DNA of 64,000 nt from an uncultured delta proteobacterium (GTDB lineage: Bacteria; Desulfobacterota; Binatia; Binatales; Binataceae). The notes beneath the pieces were generated by a model. That model did not search any database. It saw only the letters and a list, made by a program, of their open reading frames with translations, and had not been told where the DNA came from. The translations under genes were made by a program, and so were the position numbers. Numbering within the stretch: the first letter of the stretch is position 1; each line of letters begins with the position of its first letter. Positions 61,830 to 64,000 of the stretch are shown in pieces. Where the stretch lies: the NCBI GenBank assembly GCA_963724765.1, contig CAVRVY010000003.1, positions 1,024,001 to 1,088,000 on the forward strand. The letters run 5' to 3'.

Positions 61830-61992
61830 CAGTCGCGTTCGCAAGGAGGCTGCAGCGAATAGCCGAGGCTAAGGTGGACAAGGGCACCCCCCTGCCACTG
61901 TCCAATAAGTGCCGTGAGCAAACGCTGCCCGGAACGCGATTGGGGAACACAGAGCCTCGAAGACCTGGTCGAAAGCGGCCGGGTCTTTTTTT
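61830..61992 (+). ncRNA. Candidate structured small RNA (unassigned family)
   Basis: TTGAAC-17-TAGTAT promoter at 61801-61829, several nested helices, and an intrinsic terminator at 61960-61992; no ORF on this strand. Confidence 0.45.
61960..61992 (+). terminator. Intrinsic terminator
   Basis: AAGACCTGGTCG-AAAG-CGGCCGGGTC followed by T7. Confidence 0.75.
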
Positions 61993-62394
61993 ACTCATCA
62001 TCTGTTCCGCAGGGAACCGATTCGTACGTTTGTTCCTGTCTTAGATTTACCTTAACGGCTCAAAGCACTACAAAGTAAGCGAGCGCGTGTTTCGAGGCAC
62101 TGGTCAGGGGGGGGCTTTCGCGACCAAAGGCTCAGGAAGGCTGGAGCCATTTGGGGCCAGCCTTCCTTTTTCGATCGCGCCCAGGTCGCGCGACGGTCAG
62201 GAACCGCATCGCCCTGCAGCCGCTGCCCACGCCGCGCGCCGCGGCCGTCGGGCACCATTCGGAGCGACTTCGTGCGAACGGGCGCCCCAAGCGGGCTCTG
62301 GCGCGATTTCACTGCCCACCAGAGTGCCCACTCCCAGATCCCCACGGGCCGATCTGTCGTAACCTCGGCCCGAAAAACCCTTTGATTTTGCTAG

Positions 62395-63147
62395 CTAAGT
62401 GACGCTAGGTAACCTGTCACGACATGGTTTCCAAGTGAAGATGACCTGGCCGCGCGCCACGTAACAATCGAGTTCGTAGTGGGCGAGGCCGAGCGCCGCG
62501 CGGCCCATCCTGAAACCTCCGATCACGTGCCGCAGCATTGCGGGCAGGCCCTGCGGCTCCTCGGCGTTGTCGGCAGTCTCTGCATACGGATTGGCGTTGA
62601 GTTTGGCGCTCAGCTCCACCGCGACGCATCCGTCATCCCGATGATGCCCGAGCGCATCGGCGCCCGTCTCCAGCGCCGCGCATCCCAGGCACAGCACTAC
62701 CTGGTCGCCCGATTCCCCGGCCCAATCAAGGTCGTCGCCCAGGCCTGCGAGCGTCGTCGCGCATTCGTCCCATCGCTCGTGGGCGCGTTCGGTCGAATAG
62801 CGGCGGATGGCCCGTGCGATATGGCTCAGCGCGTCCTCGCCCGCGTCCGGCCCCAGCGTGAAGACGCCGTCCTCATCGATACACAGTCCACCGGCAGCCT
62901 GTGCGCCGAATTTTTCGGCGAGGAATTCGCCCAGGTTAATCGGCAAAGCGCATTTGAGATTTAGCGGTGGCGAGTCGGAGAGCAGATGGCGGGTCGAGTT
63001 ACGAAGTTTGGCGGGGCGGGCGCGGCGATTGAGGAGCCGCTCGCGGCCCGGTGGATCGATGAAGGCTGGCCGCAGGAAGCCGCAAGGAACGCCTTCGATG
63101 AATCGTGAGATGTGTGCCTCTCTACGTCCCAAGGGTCCGATCCGCAA
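62395..63147 (-). CDS. Hypothetical protein
   Basis: 250-aa ORF; GGAGG 8 nt before a TTG start; no recognisable family. Confidence 0.45.
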   Translation of the reverse strand: MRIGPLGRREAHISRFIEGVPCGFLRPAFIDPPGRERLLNRRARPAKLRNSTRHLLSDSPPLNLKCALPINLGEFLAEKFGAQAAGGLCIDEDGVFTLGPDAGEDALSHIARAIRRYSTERAHERWDECATTLAGLGDDLDWAGESGDQVVLCLGCAALETGADALGHHRDDGCVAVELSAKLNANPYAETADNAEEPQGLPAMLRHVIGGFRMGRAALGLAHYELDCYVARGQVIFTWKPCRDRLPSVT

Positions 63148-64000
63148 GGTACCAACCTCCTATGACTGTAGCGCCGCAAGCCCTGGCTTCAACGGCGGCC
63201 AACACGCGTACGGAGGCCGGGCGCAGCGCAGCCGCGGCCGTTCTTCGAGCCACCACAGCGTCGCGCACAAGGTCGCGGCTAATGCTGTGGATAATCTTGT
63301 TGATAATGTCGTGTAAAGTGAGATCGAAAATGTGACCAATGATTTCGCGGATCGAGCGCCGTGCCGACCGGTCATCCCGTGGGCCCGTAGCCGATGGCTC
63401 CGGGCCGGCAATGGCGCGCGGCCTCCGGGATTACTCCCGGATGGAACCGCGGGGTCCGATAGTGGAAAAGCGACGACTTCGTCTCGCGTCATGCGACGAG
63501 GCCCTTTTCATCATCACCACCAGCCCGCTCGATCCCAACCGCCTCCGCCCGTCCACTTCCCTCACCCTTGCCGAGCGGCGACTCGTGGTACCCTATCGCG
63601 ACCCTGGCCAACCGGCGCCTCGCGTGCGCTTTGTTCGTCAGGGCCGTGCGTTACTACAGGCTGTACGGCGACATCATCGTCAAATTTGCGCCGGACAGGA
63701 AACTGTTTAGCGCGCGAACGTGCGATGGGCAACGAGGTAGTGAAAAATCGATCTGTGATCCCAACCTTGACATTGAGCAACGCGCGTGAGCCGTCTCACC
63801 GCGGCCGGCCAAGGCTGTGGGCCACGTATATGAGGGCAGCTAATGGATATCCGGTCCCGCGCGCGCAACCTCCGTTCGCCGCAGCCGCGGCATCGAAGGT
63901 CCAGCGCCTTAAGCGGGGACGGCGTTTGTCACCTATGCGGCGCTGACTGCGACACTCTATAATGCGAGCGCCGCGTCGTGTGTCGTGGCAGCCCTGATGT

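Noticed and set aside
61830-61960. Assigning the structured segment to tRNA, a c-di-GMP-II riboswitch, C4 antisense RNA or a ribozyme
   Set aside because: Only isolated words match (GGCAC/GTGC, CTATAGT); no full consensus could be verified by eye, so it is left unassigned.
61552-62001. Minus-strand ORFs upstream of higA as a HigB toxin
   Set aside because: No RelE/HigB-like motifs in the frames examined.
63332-64000. ORFs at the right edge (63332..63946, 63339..63710 and others)
   Set aside because: No RBS, codon bias or motif support; cannot be called from sequence alone.

Overview
High-GC bacterial chromosomal window. Gene content (split F1/b/b' ATP synthase operon behind a bactofilin, many LLM/F420/CoA-transferase genes) suggests a Desulfobacterota/Binatota-like organism; that is inference only. 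Left to right: a tandem-domain family III CoA-transferase running off the left edge; a probable phosphate-regulated envelope cluster (two paralogous lipoproteins, one fused to OmpA, an outer-membrane barrel, PstS, a lipoprotein); an RND pump and adaptor; a UvrD-type helicase; a long catabolic/redox block (LLM oxidoreductases, SDRs, fabI, gloB, IpdAB-like pair, amidohydrolase, GST); an orphan Flp pilin; a hidden UGA-readthrough PrdB/GrdB-like selenoprotein gene with a SECIS-like hairpin between a GST and tpx; a corrinoid salvage/remodelling cluster (cbiZ-cbiB-cobD-cobT-cobS, cobU, cobalamin riboswitch, btuB); glnE, lytic transglycosylase, aroA, the atp genes, miaB and rpsU. The last ~4.6 kb is an accessory-looking region with a TPR membrane protein, a degenerate orphan HigA, a candidate promoter- and terminator-bounded structured RNA, and phased DnaA-box-like motifs. 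No rRNA, tRNA, CRISPR array or transposase was recognised. All calls come from reading motifs by eye; no database searches were run.
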